The notes: generated by a model from the letters alone, not told the origin. 64,000 nucleotides of DNA from Callorhinchus milii (GCF_018977255.1 NW_024704743.1:6512001-6576000), one strand, 5' to 3'; shown: positions 26,280 through 40,164, numbered from the stretch's first letter. A program made the numbers and translations.

Positions 26280-27679
26280 CCTTAGCTATTTTTTTTACTT
26301 AGGTTTCTGACACACAAATAAACATTGCCATACTTAAGAGTATCCAGAAGTGATGGAGATGTGCAGACAAGCCTTCAGCCACCACCCCCACCCTCTGGCC
26401 CTTCTTCCCTCAACTCCTCCTTCTCGGCCCCGCTCTATCTTCAAAAGCCACTTACTTCTTTGACTGTGGCTATGACCACCCACAGGCCTTCTGCATGTTA
26501 ATATTTCCCCCATTAATCTCTTAACATTCCAACCTTCTTCACACCTGCAGACCTGGAATTCCACCCAGTCTTAGTCTGTAAGGCCCTTTCTTTCTCACAT
26601 TTTAAAACCACCTGAAATTGTGAAAACTCCCAAATTCTGACTTAACTTGGAAGCTAGTTTAACACAGATCCTAAAAATTCCTAGCTGCCAAATGAAGTCT
26701 GAATTTAAGAATTTTCCACAATTAAAATGTAATGCCAAATAGGCTTACAGGGTAAAACTAAATGGAATTATGGGCCCCTCATAGGCCTCTAAAATTTGAT
26801 ATTGGCAAGTGGATTTATAAAGAATTTCTAAATATGAAATCCCTTGACGTTTCTAATCCAGAATCTTGCAGCAGTACATCAGTAGATAGTTTCACACAGA
26901 TTAATGTGACATACATTACCTGCAGGATTCAGTACTTATAAATCCTTTCTAACAATTTTGTTGCCAAGACTACAATTCAGGCAAATGTAGATAAAATTAG
27001 CAAATACGGGACTGTCAGGGTGTCAAAAGTTGGCACCTATTCCACAGGCTATTTTATGAGACATGGGCAGAGAGAATTCCCAAGGCAGTAATTCAGACAG
27101 ACCTGATGATTTTAATCCAGAATGCTCTTTGCCAAGTGCACAAGACAATAAATCACACGCGCACAGATATGCAATACTTCCTTTCTGTGTGTGATGAAAG
27201 AATAGAATTTAGTGCAGAATTTCAGGATATTAATTGCTTCACTTCATATTACTTCAAAGACACCGGTAGCAATAATGCAACTACAATCTGGACTGACAGA
27301 CCTATGATGAAAGGCAACAAAAAAAGGTTTTGGGGGAGGGAAAACAAATTGGAAAGTACATAGAAAAGACTTAGGGAAGTATGAATTATGCAAAAAGCTT
27401 CTTTTTAAAGACAAATTATAATGTTTTTGAATATTCATATTCAGTATATACATAGAGTCAATAGGAATACCAAAACCAGTTTGATTAAAAAAATCTTGAT
27501 TTTATTGGAAAAATAAATGAGTGTCATAATGCAGATTTCTGAAATGCCCAGAGAAACAGATAATGGAAATGCAAACAGGTTAACATGTAAGTCCAGAACT
27601 AGAGGATATGAGAACAAAATTATCTCTCAGATGAGATTTAGGATTAAACGAGAGGTTTGGGTAGAATGACACATCAGCT

Positions 27680-29020
27680 AATATGGATTCTGCCTCAACC
27701 ATCGCTCTCAGCAAGATATTCCAAAGATTTCTCCTAACCTCTTCATTTGCTTACGTACAAAAATTGATGCCCTCTAGTATTGACTCCAGTGGACATAACT
27801 TCTGCCTTCTGACTCTATCAAAACCCCTCATAACCCCTTTAAAGTCCTCTATTGGGTCAACTCTGAACCTTCTTTATGCCAACAGAATATGTCCCAGTTC
27901 ATCCAGTCTTTGTTCATAGGCCAAACCACTCATAGGAACCTAAGAATCCCTCCTACCTCTCTGACCTACTATCACCCTACCTACCTGCCCGTACCCTCCG
28001 TTCCTCTGGCTCCGGTCTGCTCCACATCCCCCGCCCCAACCGCCCTACCATCGGTGGCCGGGCCTTCAGCCCCTAGGCTCTGGAACTCTATCCCCCAGTG
28101 CCTTCGCCTTGCTTCCTCCCTTTCCTCCTTCAAGGCTGGTCTCAAGACCTTTCTCTTTGACCGTGCCTTCAGCTCCCCTCTCGACTCTCTACCCCCTCCT
28201 CGCTCCCTCCCTTCCCTCCCCTCACCCTGACCATTTCCCCCCTGCTCGGGTCCTGACCCAACTGTACAGCGCCTTGGGACGTCCTCCCGACGTGAAAGGC
28301 GCTCAATAAATGGAATCTTGTTGTTGTTGTTGTTAGGCAGAAGAAGACCAAGGTCCATCTAGTTCACCTTCCACCATCCTGGCAGTTGCTTGACATGTCA
28401 TGTCCCAAACTATATACTGTATCCCAGGTATCATCCTAATAAATCTCCTCTGCAGCCCTTCTACTAACTTGATGTTCTTGCTCCCTCCCTTGCCTCCTTC
28501 AAGGCACGACTCAAGACCTTCCCTTTTGATAGTATCTTCAGCCGCCCTCCTACCTCTCTGCCCTGCCTCAACCCAACCCTGCCCTCCCCACTCTCAGATG
28601 CTGATCCCTACCTGTTCAGTGCTTGGGATGTCCCCCGAACTGAAAGGTGCTTTACAGATGTAATTTTGTTGTTGTTGTTCTTCCTAAAGTGGGGTGACCA
28701 AAACTGGACACAAGATTCTCAATGTCTAATTAATGCTTCATATAAGTTTAACATTTCTCATATGGTTTTATGTTCTATCCCCCTGTTTATAAAAGCTAGG
28801 GTTCCATTTGTTGTCTTGACAGTTTTGTCCACCTACCTTCCCACTTTGAAAGACTTATGTATGTTAACCTCTTGGTAACTCTGAACTTCTACTCCTTTTA
28901 AAATGTTACCATCTAACAAAAACTTGCTCTCCTTATTCTTCCACCCAAAATGTATAAGCTCTCACTAATCTTCAGTAAATTTCATTTATGTGTCCATGTA
29001 CCCCTGAAGTTGCTTACAAT
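27680..29020. mobile_element. Cluster of minus-strand CR1 fragments interrupted by plus-strand L2 3' ends (about 27950-28335 and 28480-28680)
   Basis: CR1: cctaaagtggggtgaccaaaactggacaca at about 28683. L2: ctctggaactct...aagacctttctctttgaccgtgcc...aataaatggaatcttgttgttgtt. Confidence 0.75.
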
Positions 29021-29516
29021 ACTCACTCTACCTTCCTTCTATTAAGAAATAAGCCATTTCTTTAATGAAATTAAATGTTTCTTGAGCCCCTGATGTCACG
29101 ATGACCAACACTGTCATCCACATAGGACCACCATACCCATTACAGCTTTGGTTTGCAGGGTTAACAGGAACGGAAAGAATGTTTGCCCCCAGTGTCTGGC
29201 AACCAGAAATGCATGCAATACTCCAAGGAAATGTCATGAAGGTAAATGATCTCAGATGTCTAACATAGGTTGTAAGATTGAGGTATTTTGGAACTTTGTC
29301 TGATTTGTCTTTGCTTTTGTGTCAGGGAGAAAGGTTGGAGAGCATTTCCTTCATCAATGACAGAAGAAGAAACCATTTGTGGTTTGTGGTGAGCTGAATG
29401 GTTTCTTCTTGTTTTGTGTGAAAGAGCAAATGACCCTGATGTAAATTGGGGGAGGTCTGTCTGTCTTGGTAACGGTCAGGGCTGAAATGTAAAAGATATG
29501 GGCTGTGGTTGCTGCA

Positions 29517-29755
29517 TACAACAACAACAACAAAATTACATTTGTATAGCGCTTTTCACGTTGGGAGGACATCCCAAGGCGCTGGACAGACAGAGTTTCA
29601 GACCCGAGCTGGGGTTGTGGTCAGGGAGAGTGGAGGCAGCAGAGGAAGCAGGAAGATCAAAAGCACAGTCGAAGAGGAGATGAGTCTTGAGATGAGTCTT
29701 GAAGGTGGCATGGGAGGGGGCGAGACGGCGGAACTGCGAGATGGAGTTCCACTCT
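29517..29755 (-). mobile_element. L2 3' end
   Basis: (CAA)n tail followed by gcgcttttcacgttgggaggacatcccaaggcgct. Confidence 0.7.
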
Positions 29756-30037
29756 ACTTGAGTAGAGTGGATGGAAGGAGAATAGTGTTCTGGTGGATGG
29801 TGGGGTAGGAAGGTATTATTTCAGCAGTAGTCTGAAGGTATGCACAAATTAGTAACATATTGTGTTACTGTACTTCACGGTGTACACAGATCGTTGCTGA
29901 CTTTTGATATTTTATTATCCTGCTGCTTGCTATCCATAGTTGGAGAAATATACTTTTAATTCACTTTGCATTATTATCTTATGTACTGATATTAAAAATC
30001 AATACAAATTGAATTTGCAAAATACCATTATACTATT

Positions 30038-33000
30038 CATAAGAACATAAGAATTAGGAGCAGGAGTAGGCCATTCGGCCCTTCGTGCCTGCCCCGCCAT
30101 TCAATAAGATCATGGCTGATCTTCTCACCTAACTCTGATTACCTGCCCTATCCCCATATCCCCATAATCCCTCTATTTTTCAAGAATCTATCAGTCTCAG
30201 CCTTGAAGATGTTCAAGAACTGTGCATCTACAGCCTTCTGGGTAGTGAATTCCATACATACTACCCTCTGAGTGAAGAAATGTTTCCTCAACTCTGTTCT
30301 AAAAGGCTGACCCTTAATTTTAAGTCTGTGACCCCTGGTTATAGATTCTCCCACCAGTGGAAACAGACCCTCAGTGTCTACTTTATCCAACCCTTTAAGA
30401 ATCTTATATGTTTCAATAAGATCCCCCCTAATTCTTCTGTACTCTTGAGAATACAGCACTAGTTTATTCAGCTTGTTCAGCCTATCCTCATAGGTCAGTC
30501 CCCTCATCCCAGGAACTAACCGAGTGAATCTACGCTGCACCCCCTCTAGGGCAAGTATGTCCTTTTTTAAATAAGGAGACCAAAACTGCACACAATACTC
30601 TCGGTGCGGTCTCACCAAAGCCCTATACAGTTGCAGCAAGACTTCCCTACTCTTATATTCTAAACCTTTCGAAATGAACGCTAACATGCCGTTCGCCTTC
30701 TTAGTTGCTTGCTGCACCTGCAAACTAACTTTTTGGGACTGGTGTACAAGGACACCCAAATCCCTTTGAATACTAACACTATCTAACTTCTCCCCTTCCA
30801 GAAAATAATCTGTTCTTTTATTCTTGCTACCAAGGTGAATAATTTCACACTTGCTAACATTGAATTCCATCTGCCACCTACTTGCCCACTCCCCGCCTAT
30901 CTATATCTTGTTGCAATCTTTTTGCATCATCCTGAGAGCTCACTCTGCTACCTAGTTTAGTATCATCCGCGAATTTAGACACATTACATTCAATGTCCTC
31001 GTCCAGATCATTGATGTAAATGGTAAATAGCTGAGGCCCAAGCACTGATCCTTGTGGCACTCCACTAGTTACATCCTGCCAATTCGAGAATGATCCGTTT
31101 ATCACTACTCTCTGCTTTCTACCCGATAGCCACTCTTCTATCCATGTTAATATTTTCCCATTAATCCCGTGGGCCTTGATCTTGAGTAACAGCCTTTTGT
31201 GTGGCACCTTGTCAAATGCCTTCCTAAAATCCAAATATACCACATCTACTGGTTCCCCCTTATCCAACCTGCTGGATACATCCTCAAAAAATTCTAAAAG
31301 GTTAGTCAAGCATGACTTCCCTTTTGTAAAGCCATGTTGACTCTGCCTAATCTTTTTATGGTCTTCCAGGTATCCCATAACTACGTCTTTTATTAAGGAC
31401 TCAAGAATTTTCCCTACAACTGACGTCAAACTAACTGGTCTATAGTTTTCCCTATTTTCTCTCCCACCCTTCTTAAATAGTGGAGTTACGTTTGCAATCT
31501 TCCAATCAATGGGAACTTTTCCAGTATCCACAGACTTTTGGAAGATTATAGACATGCCATCCACTATCTCAGTAGCCACCTCCTTTAAAACTCTCGGATG
31601 CAGGCCATCCGGTCCAGGGGATTTATCGGTTTTAAGACCCGACAATTTACCTAGAACCATCTCTTTACTAATGTTAATCTCCCTAAGTTGCTCGCTAACA
31701 TTGTCTTCTTGGTCCTCTATTTTTGGTATGTTTCCAGTGTCTTCTACGGTGAAGACTGTAGAAAAATACTTGTTTAATGACTCTGCCATGTCTTTGTCCC
31801 CTATTATAATTCCTCCGGTCTCTGCCTGTAATGGACCCACATTCACCCTCGCTAGCCTTTTCCTCTTTATATATTTGTAAAAACTCTTGGAGTCTGTTTT
31901 TATGTTCTTTGCTAGTTTGCCCTCGTAATCTATTTTCTCCCTCTTGATCAATTTTTTGGTCCTCCTCTGTTGTTCCCTAAAGTTCTCCCAATCCTCGGGT
32001 TTACTACTCATCTTCGCTGTTTTATAGGCTTTTTCTTTTGATTTGATACTTTCCCTAACTGCTCTAGTTAGCCATGGCTGCACCACCTTTCCCATGGCAT
32101 TCTTATTCCTCAAAGGAATATGTGCTCGTTGGGAATTTTGCACTATCTCCTTGAATGTCTGCCATTGCTGGTCTACCGTCAAATCTTTAAGTTTAGTCTC
32201 CCAGTTTATTCTGGCTAAATCCTCTCTCATACCAGCAAAGTTGGCTCGATTTAAATTGAAGACTTTTGCTTCAGACTTAACTACTTCCCTCTCTAACTTA
32301 ACGCTAAATTCCATCATATTATGATCGCTTTGCCCTAGAGGAGCCTTAAGTTCCAGTTTGCTGATCAGCCCTGTTTCATTACACAAAACAAGGTCTAATA
32401 TGGCTTGTTCCCTGGTCGGCTCCTCAGCATATTGATCTAGAAAATTATCTCTAATACATTCTATAAACTCCTCTTCTATGTTACCTTTCCCAATTTGGTT
32501 GTCCCAGTCTATGTGCAGGTTAAAATCACCCACAATTAGTGTCTTTCCTTTGCTACATGCTCCACTAATCTCTTGATTTATACCTTGAGCGATACTTTGA
32601 CCACTGTTTGGGGGTCTATAAACTACTCCCACTATAGTTTTCTGCCCCTTGAAGTTACGTATCTCTACCCATACTGACTCTACATCTTGCTTTTCAGATT
32701 TAAAATCTTTCCTCTCTACTGTTTTTATCCCATCCTTTATTAGCAGGGCCACTCCCCCTCCTCGTTTACCACATCGCCTATCTTTCCTATATACCACGTA
32801 CCCAGGAATATTCAGTTCCCATCCCTGATCACCCTGTCTCGGTGATGGCTACTAGATCATACCGGTTTGTCTCTATTTGTGCAACTAATTCATCTATCTT
32901 GTTACGAATGCTTCGTGCATTCAGATATAGTGCCCTTAATTCTGACTTCCGGCTATTAACCCTATTCACCAGCACTCTATCACTGTACTTCCTTTCCCTG

Positions 33001-33285
33001 CTTGACACACTTTGCTCTTCTCCCTTGTTAATCTGCTCTCTTGCTTTTGTTGATCTCAAGTTTAACTGTGGTGGACTATACTTTACTATGTTTTTACCTC
33101 CCCCCCTTAGTAGTTTGAAGCCCTTTCTACCTCCCTATTTATTCGCGTAGCCAGGACATTTGTCCTTGACATTTGTCCTGGCTAGGTGGAGCCCATTCCT
33201 TTGGAAAAGCTCCCATCTTCCCCAATACTCGTGCCAGTGGCCCATGAATTGGAATTCCTGCTCTCCGCACCACTCTTTTAGCCAG
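30038..33285 (-). mobile_element. CR1-clade LINE, 5'-truncated: end of ORF1 (SGNH-esterase-like) plus nearly full ORF2 (APE endonuclease + RT) with frameshifts
   Basis: ORF2 pieces 33059-32829 (LYLNARS, AITET), 32797-30878 (GDFN, SDH, GVPQGSVLGP, FADD) and 30870-30148. ORF1 remnant WCGEQEFQFMGHW...NGLHL at about 33283-33184. 3' tail (TTCTTATG)n at about 30038-30053. Confidence 0.95.
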
Positions 33286-33507
33286 CATAACTTAAAAATT
33301 ATACATTTTTCAAACCATGCAGATAATTATACTTTCGTTGCCTATTAGAAAGATCATAAGGATCTTGTACATAGAACAAGATCATAGTACAGTATCTTGT
33401 TTGTGTCGTGAGTCAGAAGACAAAAAGTGTTACATGATACGAATGACTGTGTCAGAAACAAATCGAGTCTAGATAAGTTCCTTAAAAATTCTTTGCTAAT
33501 TTTCTTT

Positions 33508-33837
33508 TCGCCTCGCAAGCGAGACCTGGGTTTGATTCCCGGCAGGGCAAAATGTTGGGCAAGTTTCCTTACTCCACATGCCTCTGTTTACCTAGCAGTA
33601 AGTAGGAACCCAGTTGTTAGTCGATTGGTGAATCGCTTTTCCGGGGAAAATAATTCCTTCCAAAAATAATAATAATAATAAATTGGTCACTTCAATCCAT
33701 GACTGTTTGCGCAATTAGCTGCAGAGTTTCGCCCACAAATATACAGTCAATTCACTTTACAGTATATTCTGTGAAGCGCTTTGAGATGTCTAGAAGACGT
33801 GATAAGGTGTTATATCAAATGCAAGGATTATTATTAT
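33508..33837 (+). mobile_element. tRNA-derived SINE (long subfamily, 5' clipped)
   Basis: Same body and tail as the 51778 copy. Confidence 0.88.
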
Positions 33838-35524
33838 AAATAGATTTTGCTTGTAATTATAACAGATTTGCATGAATGTATTGCAGTTAAAACCATAGTT
33901 TTCTGAATAACTGGCACTGAATTTAAAATGAATGTGCAGAGTCTGAAACATCATGTACAACATAATTAAGAATTGAATTAGGATGCAAGTTTTATACCTA
34001 ATCTGGAATCTTTAATGACATATTAGAAATACAGGACTATCTACATCAAAATCATTCATTTTACAAAGGCAGCCAAAGAACAATATTCTTCCAATTTAAT
34101 GTTAGATGTGGTAGTTTTGCTAGTAAGTCATAAATCAAACCCCCAGTATTATGTCACAAACCACATGCATCAACTGTAGAGTTTCACTGCAACCGTACAG
34201 AAAAGGAAAGCGCACAGTGGTTAAATACAAAGAATTTGTTTTACAGTTGTTCACAGCAATTTTAATGGCCACAGACAGAAAGATATTTTGTTCAGAAATA
34301 CAAATGTATAATTAGAGGCAATGGAAGTCCAAAATGTAACTTAAATTTTACATCGAACAAGCTGTCTATTAGGTTCCCCATTCCAAGCTCTGTTTTACTA
34401 ATTGGAACATACTTAATATAATTATTTGAAACATGTTCTGTTCATATGGGCACACCCCAATAAGAGCGTTTTTATTTAGTTAGCGCCAGACAATTCAATA
34501 AAATGACTGCAGTCTGGTAGCTTGGCAGCTTTGGCAATGCAATAGCCTCCCATTGACAGGGCACATGTTTGAGCCCCAGCCTCAACTATCGTTGTTTAAA
34601 AGTACTTGCTCTCAATGGGTGAATTAAACCAATTCCTGGCTGAGTCTCAAGAAATAAAAAATACTTTATAGGAACAGAGTGGTCCATCTTGGCAATGGGA
34701 AAAAGAAGAACTTGCAGATCTAAACCTGGTTCACATCTCTGACAGCTGATCACAGAGCAATGATGATGGCAGATGAGAAGGCTATATCTCCCCTCTGACT
34801 GGAGGAGGAAATGTGGCACCACAAAATACTGAGGAAGCTTAAACTAAGCAAATTGCAATGGGAAACTTGTCACAAGTCACTCACTAACGCCTTCAGAACC
34901 TTCATACCTTTCTGATATTGCAAAAGTATCCACAATAAAGTAAATTCCAGATTACATATCAAGTTTTGTTACCATTTTAAAAGCTATCACAATTCCACTG
35001 TACTGCAATAATTTGGAAAATCTATTTTCCAGTAACTGGCACCTGATGTTTTTCAACATGCAAAGATTGCAGACATAATTAAGAAGAATTTAGTTAGCAT
35101 GTTGGCAGCCAGACTCATGTAATGTTAAAAAACAATCTTGCAGGGTTGGATTTGATGCACTAACTGTTTGCTGAGCAGTGAATCCTGCAGCTGTTTGGAG
35201 TTCTCAGTTTCAGTAACGCAATACCAGATGTGAAATTGTTGCTTCTGTATTCAACTTCTCCTGTGGATTACAACTTATGAAACAGAAGAAAGGCTTGCAA
35301 CAGCATGATTATATTGCTTTTGTATTAAAGGAATTGGATAACTCAGCTTCAAATTACTACATAGCTACACACAACAAAGGAAATGACGGCTTGTGTTTCA
35401 ATAAAATCAGATCTATTGGTGTAAACAGGTTTGCAGATCAGCCTTTAAGAGGGAGCTGCTAACAATTTTTTTTGAATTTCAATCAATCAAAATCTTAAAC
35501 ATAAAAAAAATCAAAGGACATGCA

Positions 35525-35714
35525 TTTATTTTATATTTATTTTATTTTATTTTAATATTGCTGTAGAACGATTCCAGAATTAACTCGACTCTGAGATTTT
35601 TAGGAAATCAGAAGCGGCTTTTGTATTTCCATTAAACATCTGGTTTATTTTAGTTTACACAGAATGTCTTTCATGTGCGTCCAGCAGCAGTACTCAGTAA
35701 ATCTTTCTTTTATT
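35525..35714 (-). terminator. Candidate ARMC4 polyadenylation signals
   Basis: AATAAA on the minus strand at 35714-35709, 35649-35644 and 35530-35525, just downstream of the stop codon. Confidence 0.5.
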
Positions 35715-35768
35715 GTACCTGCTCAGGTAATCGCTCCTGAGAAATAAAACGTGGAATGTGCACTGTTT

Positions 35769-35882
35769 TCATTTGTATCGGGCCTTCTCATTAGCCAGGG
35801 CAAGCCTTCGAATGTTTGAGATACAACCGGCCGCTGCTTCCTGTAGAGCTTCATCTGTGGAATCCATCAAGCCCAACAGCAG
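35769..35882 (-). CDS. ARMC4: ARMC4/ODAD2 terminal coding exon ([37 protein letters not shown])
   Basis: Acceptor ccattcacag|CTG, TGA at 35771-35769. [18 protein letters not shown] is the ARMC4 C-terminus. Confidence 0.95.
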   Translation of the reverse strand: MLLGLMDSTDEALQEAAAGCISNIRRLALANEKARYK

Positions 35883-36324
35883 CTGTGAATGGTAAAACGT
35901 CAGGTAAAAAANGAGAATTGGTGACATGTAGGGACAAAGAAATAAGGAAAGAGAATACAAGAAACAGAAGACATAGAAAAATTGGGTCATAATAGAAAAG
36001 GGATAAAGATACATAATACTGGAGATTTGCAAAAATAAATCATTATCATACCTGCTCTTAAGGAAAAAAAATTGCTATTTCCTTGAGAATACAATATATG
36101 TACTATATTGTCTCATTCTTGAATTTGTTTAGCATCTTTTATACCAGATGCCTCATAGCACTTCACAGGATATACTGTAAAATGTAGTGACTGTATTTTG
36201 TATACAAACAAAAATGCAAATACAAATCATTTTGTGATTGAGATGTTTTATCGGAAGCATCAAAAAGCATGGGAGTGAACATTTCATAAACATTCACGTG
36301 GATGTGGATCTTGTCCACAGAGTG

Positions 36325-36742
36325 TTTAGGTGTCAGCCCAGCTCAGTTAGTAGCACTCCTGAGTCAGAAGGTTGTAGGTTCAATTCCCACGTCGGGACTG
36401 TGAGATCACAATCTAGACAAGTACTCCAATACAGTGTTGGAGGAGGGATGTGTTGCTGGAAGTTCTTTCCTTTGAATAAGATGTTAACCCAAGGACCTAT
36501 ATGTCTGTTCTGGTCGACTTTAAAGTTCCTGTGGCGCTATTCAAAAGGAGAAGGGAATTTCTCCCAGTATGCTGTCCAACAATCCCCTAGATAAAACTGG
36601 GCATTCTCTTTCCGGCTGTGAGACATTGCTGAGTGCAAATTGGCTACAGAAAATACACTTTACAGAGAAATCCTTTGAATGCTTTGAGACGTCCTCCCAA
36701 TGTGAAAGGCACTATATCAAATGGAAGGATTATTGTTATTAT
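36325..36742 (+). mobile_element. Older Deu-domain-like SINE
   Basis: gctcagttagtagcactcctgagtcagaaggttgtaggttcaattccc...aagatgttaacccaagg...tail ggattattgttatt. Confidence 0.72.
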
Positions 36743-39027
36743 AATCCAGCCACAGATTGTTTTTTGTTGTCTTTTGTTTAAGGAAGCTCAAGCTATTATT
36801 TTGCAACAATGTTTTTGATATGATGGCAGATATTTGTTTCTCAATCCAATTTGGAACACAGTTTGGCAAGTGATTTATCTTTGTCTTTAAAATTTCAATG
36901 CAGAATTGTCCAATGGGATAAAGAGACTCATTTCAAAAAACAGCTTAATAGCAGGACGGTGGGCATTCTGGAAGGAAGTATCAAGGCCTTCTCCATTATG
37001 CATCTCTTTTGTAACCTTGTAAATTCCTCCAAGTAGTTACTGGGTTAAGTTTCTCTGAGTCCACCAATTCAATACAATAATAATTCTTAGTTAATGTGAA
37101 ATCCAAAAATGTTTGAATGGAAATTACTAAAGAAAGTATTAGGACCAAGAAACAGATACCAAGGTTCCTTTTACAAAATGAGAGTTACACTACAACAAAC
37201 ATGAGGCTCATAAAGATCATGGAAATCACATTTGCAACAATCTGCTAACTTATAATAATACACCAGATTTAGCAAGGTTAAAGATATAAAGTCAATGTCC
37301 AATATGGAAATCCAATGAAAGATTTGTGGAGACCATTTTAAAGTCAACGATTTTCACCATCAAATCTGAGACCCTCTCCACAACCAAGTTACATTGAGAA
37401 CTCGGGCCATTAGGAGAGTGGATACATTTCTCTAGGTTAATTGGTAACCCTGCTGTCCCATGTCTAAAACTTTTAACAAATATTGTTCACATCCATAAAT
37501 TGAAATAGTTGAAGAAATAATAGAGAAAGAAAGATGATTACTTCACTATCAATATGGATAATCAAACTGTTCATAGTGTGCTTGTACTGCACACTTGGGA
37601 TGAAGGAAGCAAAAGTTAAAGTCACATCCTTGTGATTATGCTTATGTTTACACGAGAAGTGTGTCTGGCATGACTGTGAAGTCTTTAAAATGTTTCTGCT
37701 CTTACAATTGTTTTGGCACATGAAGCTCTTAAATGGATGTATGTAGAGGAAGGAGGCCCAAAACATGCAGGAGAATAACAGATGCTTCAAAATGTGTTGC
37801 TGGACTGTAACACATTTCATGGAAAGGTTCACAAGTACGTGAAACTTAAAATTGTAGCTGAAACTAATTAATACTGAAATTATATTGGAAAGGAGGTTGA
37901 AAAACTGAACACTGCGTCAACCAACAAAAGAACTAGGAAAATGGTTAAGAAATAATTCATTGATATCACGAATACAAGCAATAGGTAAATTATTCATTCA
38001 CCAGTCTGGGTAATAGTCAGTAAGAGCGCTCTCAATGCAAGAAATAATGTAACCCAACATTTTGTCGTCGAGTGTGGAGGGGTGATGAAGGCCATTGTGA
38101 GTTGATCCTCCAACGATTCAGTGGAGGATAGATGCAACTACACCCTTCGTCATGCCCTTCCTTTCAAGATGTTGTCTGCCAAACGTTGAGCATGACTATG
38201 ATTTTGAGTTCTCTGATTTATACAGCGTAGTTAATGTTGATTCATTGCCGTTTTCACGTCAGTTGGTTTCAGGAATTGAACCGATGCCATGGCTGTAGTA
38301 TAAATCTGGTTTTGTAATGCAGCCAATTCCAAAGAACTTTTAAACACATATGTTATAAGTTGTCATGCGGCCCATACGCCCTGAGCGAGGCCAACTAACG
38401 ATCACCGCTGTTTTGTGAAACTCTGCGCATGTGATTATTTGGTGCATACACAGTGTTCTCTTCGATTCCAGTGAGGATTCAGAGCATGCTGTATACATCG
38501 GGGTTCACGTTAGGTCTGCACTGCTGTAATCGATATAATCTGTTTGTAAAAGTATAAAAAGGGCATCACCATTGCATATTTCACGCCTATCCTAGAATAT
38601 CTTTGTATCATGTAAATCATTTTAATTCCTTGTCCCTGCACTTGAAAATGTGCAAATTAATCATGTGTGCAGTTAATGTTTTAAATTTGTAACTCCTATC
38701 TAAAAAATGTTTTTTATTTTACTCCAACCCAACTCAATCCAAGATTCAATTTCTTATGAAAAGCCTAACCTGAAATGTTACCCTATACTTCCCTTTCAGA
38801 TGCTGATGGACCTGTTTTTATTACCAGAATTTCTGATTCGATTTTAACCATTCAGTTCCTTTTATTTCTACCACTTATGAATGTATTATATGACATTATC
38901 TGTCCTTCAATGTCTGCAAATAGGAAATTGTCTTGAGTATGAAATAACACCTCTATGGTATGTTGCTAATATTTTCCATACATGAGTCAAGACCATTTGG
39001 AGTACAGAAGACTCCGATAAAAATAAT

Positions 39028-39245
39028 AATACATTACAGGATACACTGTGAAGTGATGTGGGAGGGCACAGCCAATTTTCACACAGCAATGTCCCACAAA
39101 CAGCCATGGAGGGAGTGACCAATTTTATTTGAGGAATTGTTGGCGAGGCACCACGACATCTTCTCTTTTCAAATAGTGCCATGGGATCTTTAAAGTCCAC
39201 CTGGACAAGCAGATGTGACCTTGGTTTAAGATCTCATCCAAAAGG
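39028..39245 (-). mobile_element. Deu-domain-like SINE fragment
   Basis: aatagtgccatgggatctttaaagtccacctg...ccttggtttaagatctcatccaaaag. Confidence 0.7.
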
Positions 39246-40164
39246 CCAGAAGCCATGTGTGTAGCCACCATCAAAACATATAACAAAGGTGTACAGCCAC
39301 CAGTAGTCTCTACACTTTAGTGACTCACCAGTTTAACTCATTAGAAATGTTATTTTAATGACATCAAAGTATATATAGTTTATATATTGAACAAATAAGT
39401 GGTGCAGCTTATTTAGAATTTAATATAAAAAATATCCATATTTGGATGTTATTCTCATGATTTATGATATCTGATTAGTAAATTCTTACTTTATACAGGG
39501 GAACGCTGATATAACATCCTTTGATGTAACACTGGCTCACTTATAAAGCAGATGGCAATGAATCCTGACATTTTGTAACATTGAAGCCTGAAAATCCTGT
39601 TAGTAATAATAAATAATAAAAATCCTTGCATTTGATATCACATTGTCGAGCCATCTCAAAGTGCTTCACCGGATATATGTTAAGTGGATTGACTGTGTAT
39701 ATTGTGGTTGTGCATCGTGAGGCTGGCAAAATTAATTTGTTGAGAAAATAGCACAAGTGGATTAGATGATGTTAGCAAGAACAGCTTGAGGGCTGGCTTT
39801 CTGTGCTCATGCGTACTGCGACCCAATGATACCCCCAGAACTGTCATGAACGCTTCAGCTGTTTTGTTTCCTCACTTACAAATGTAGACATTTTCTGAAT
39901 TTCGGCCATTGAGTCAAAAATCCATAATACATATTAGGTTCTTTGTTAGTGTTACTTATATCAATAAGTCAGTCTGAGAACACAATAGGTAAGAACTGTA
40001 TGTTGTATTTGGGGAATATTCTCTCTGTCATAAGTAAGTATACGTGGTGAATAAGCAAATATATGTGGTGGAATAATTACCACAAATAGGAATCACCACG
40101 TGGGACATTTTAAAATGAAAAGTCTAACAGTTCTGTGTGAGTAGAACTTCATCATCAAAGATAT

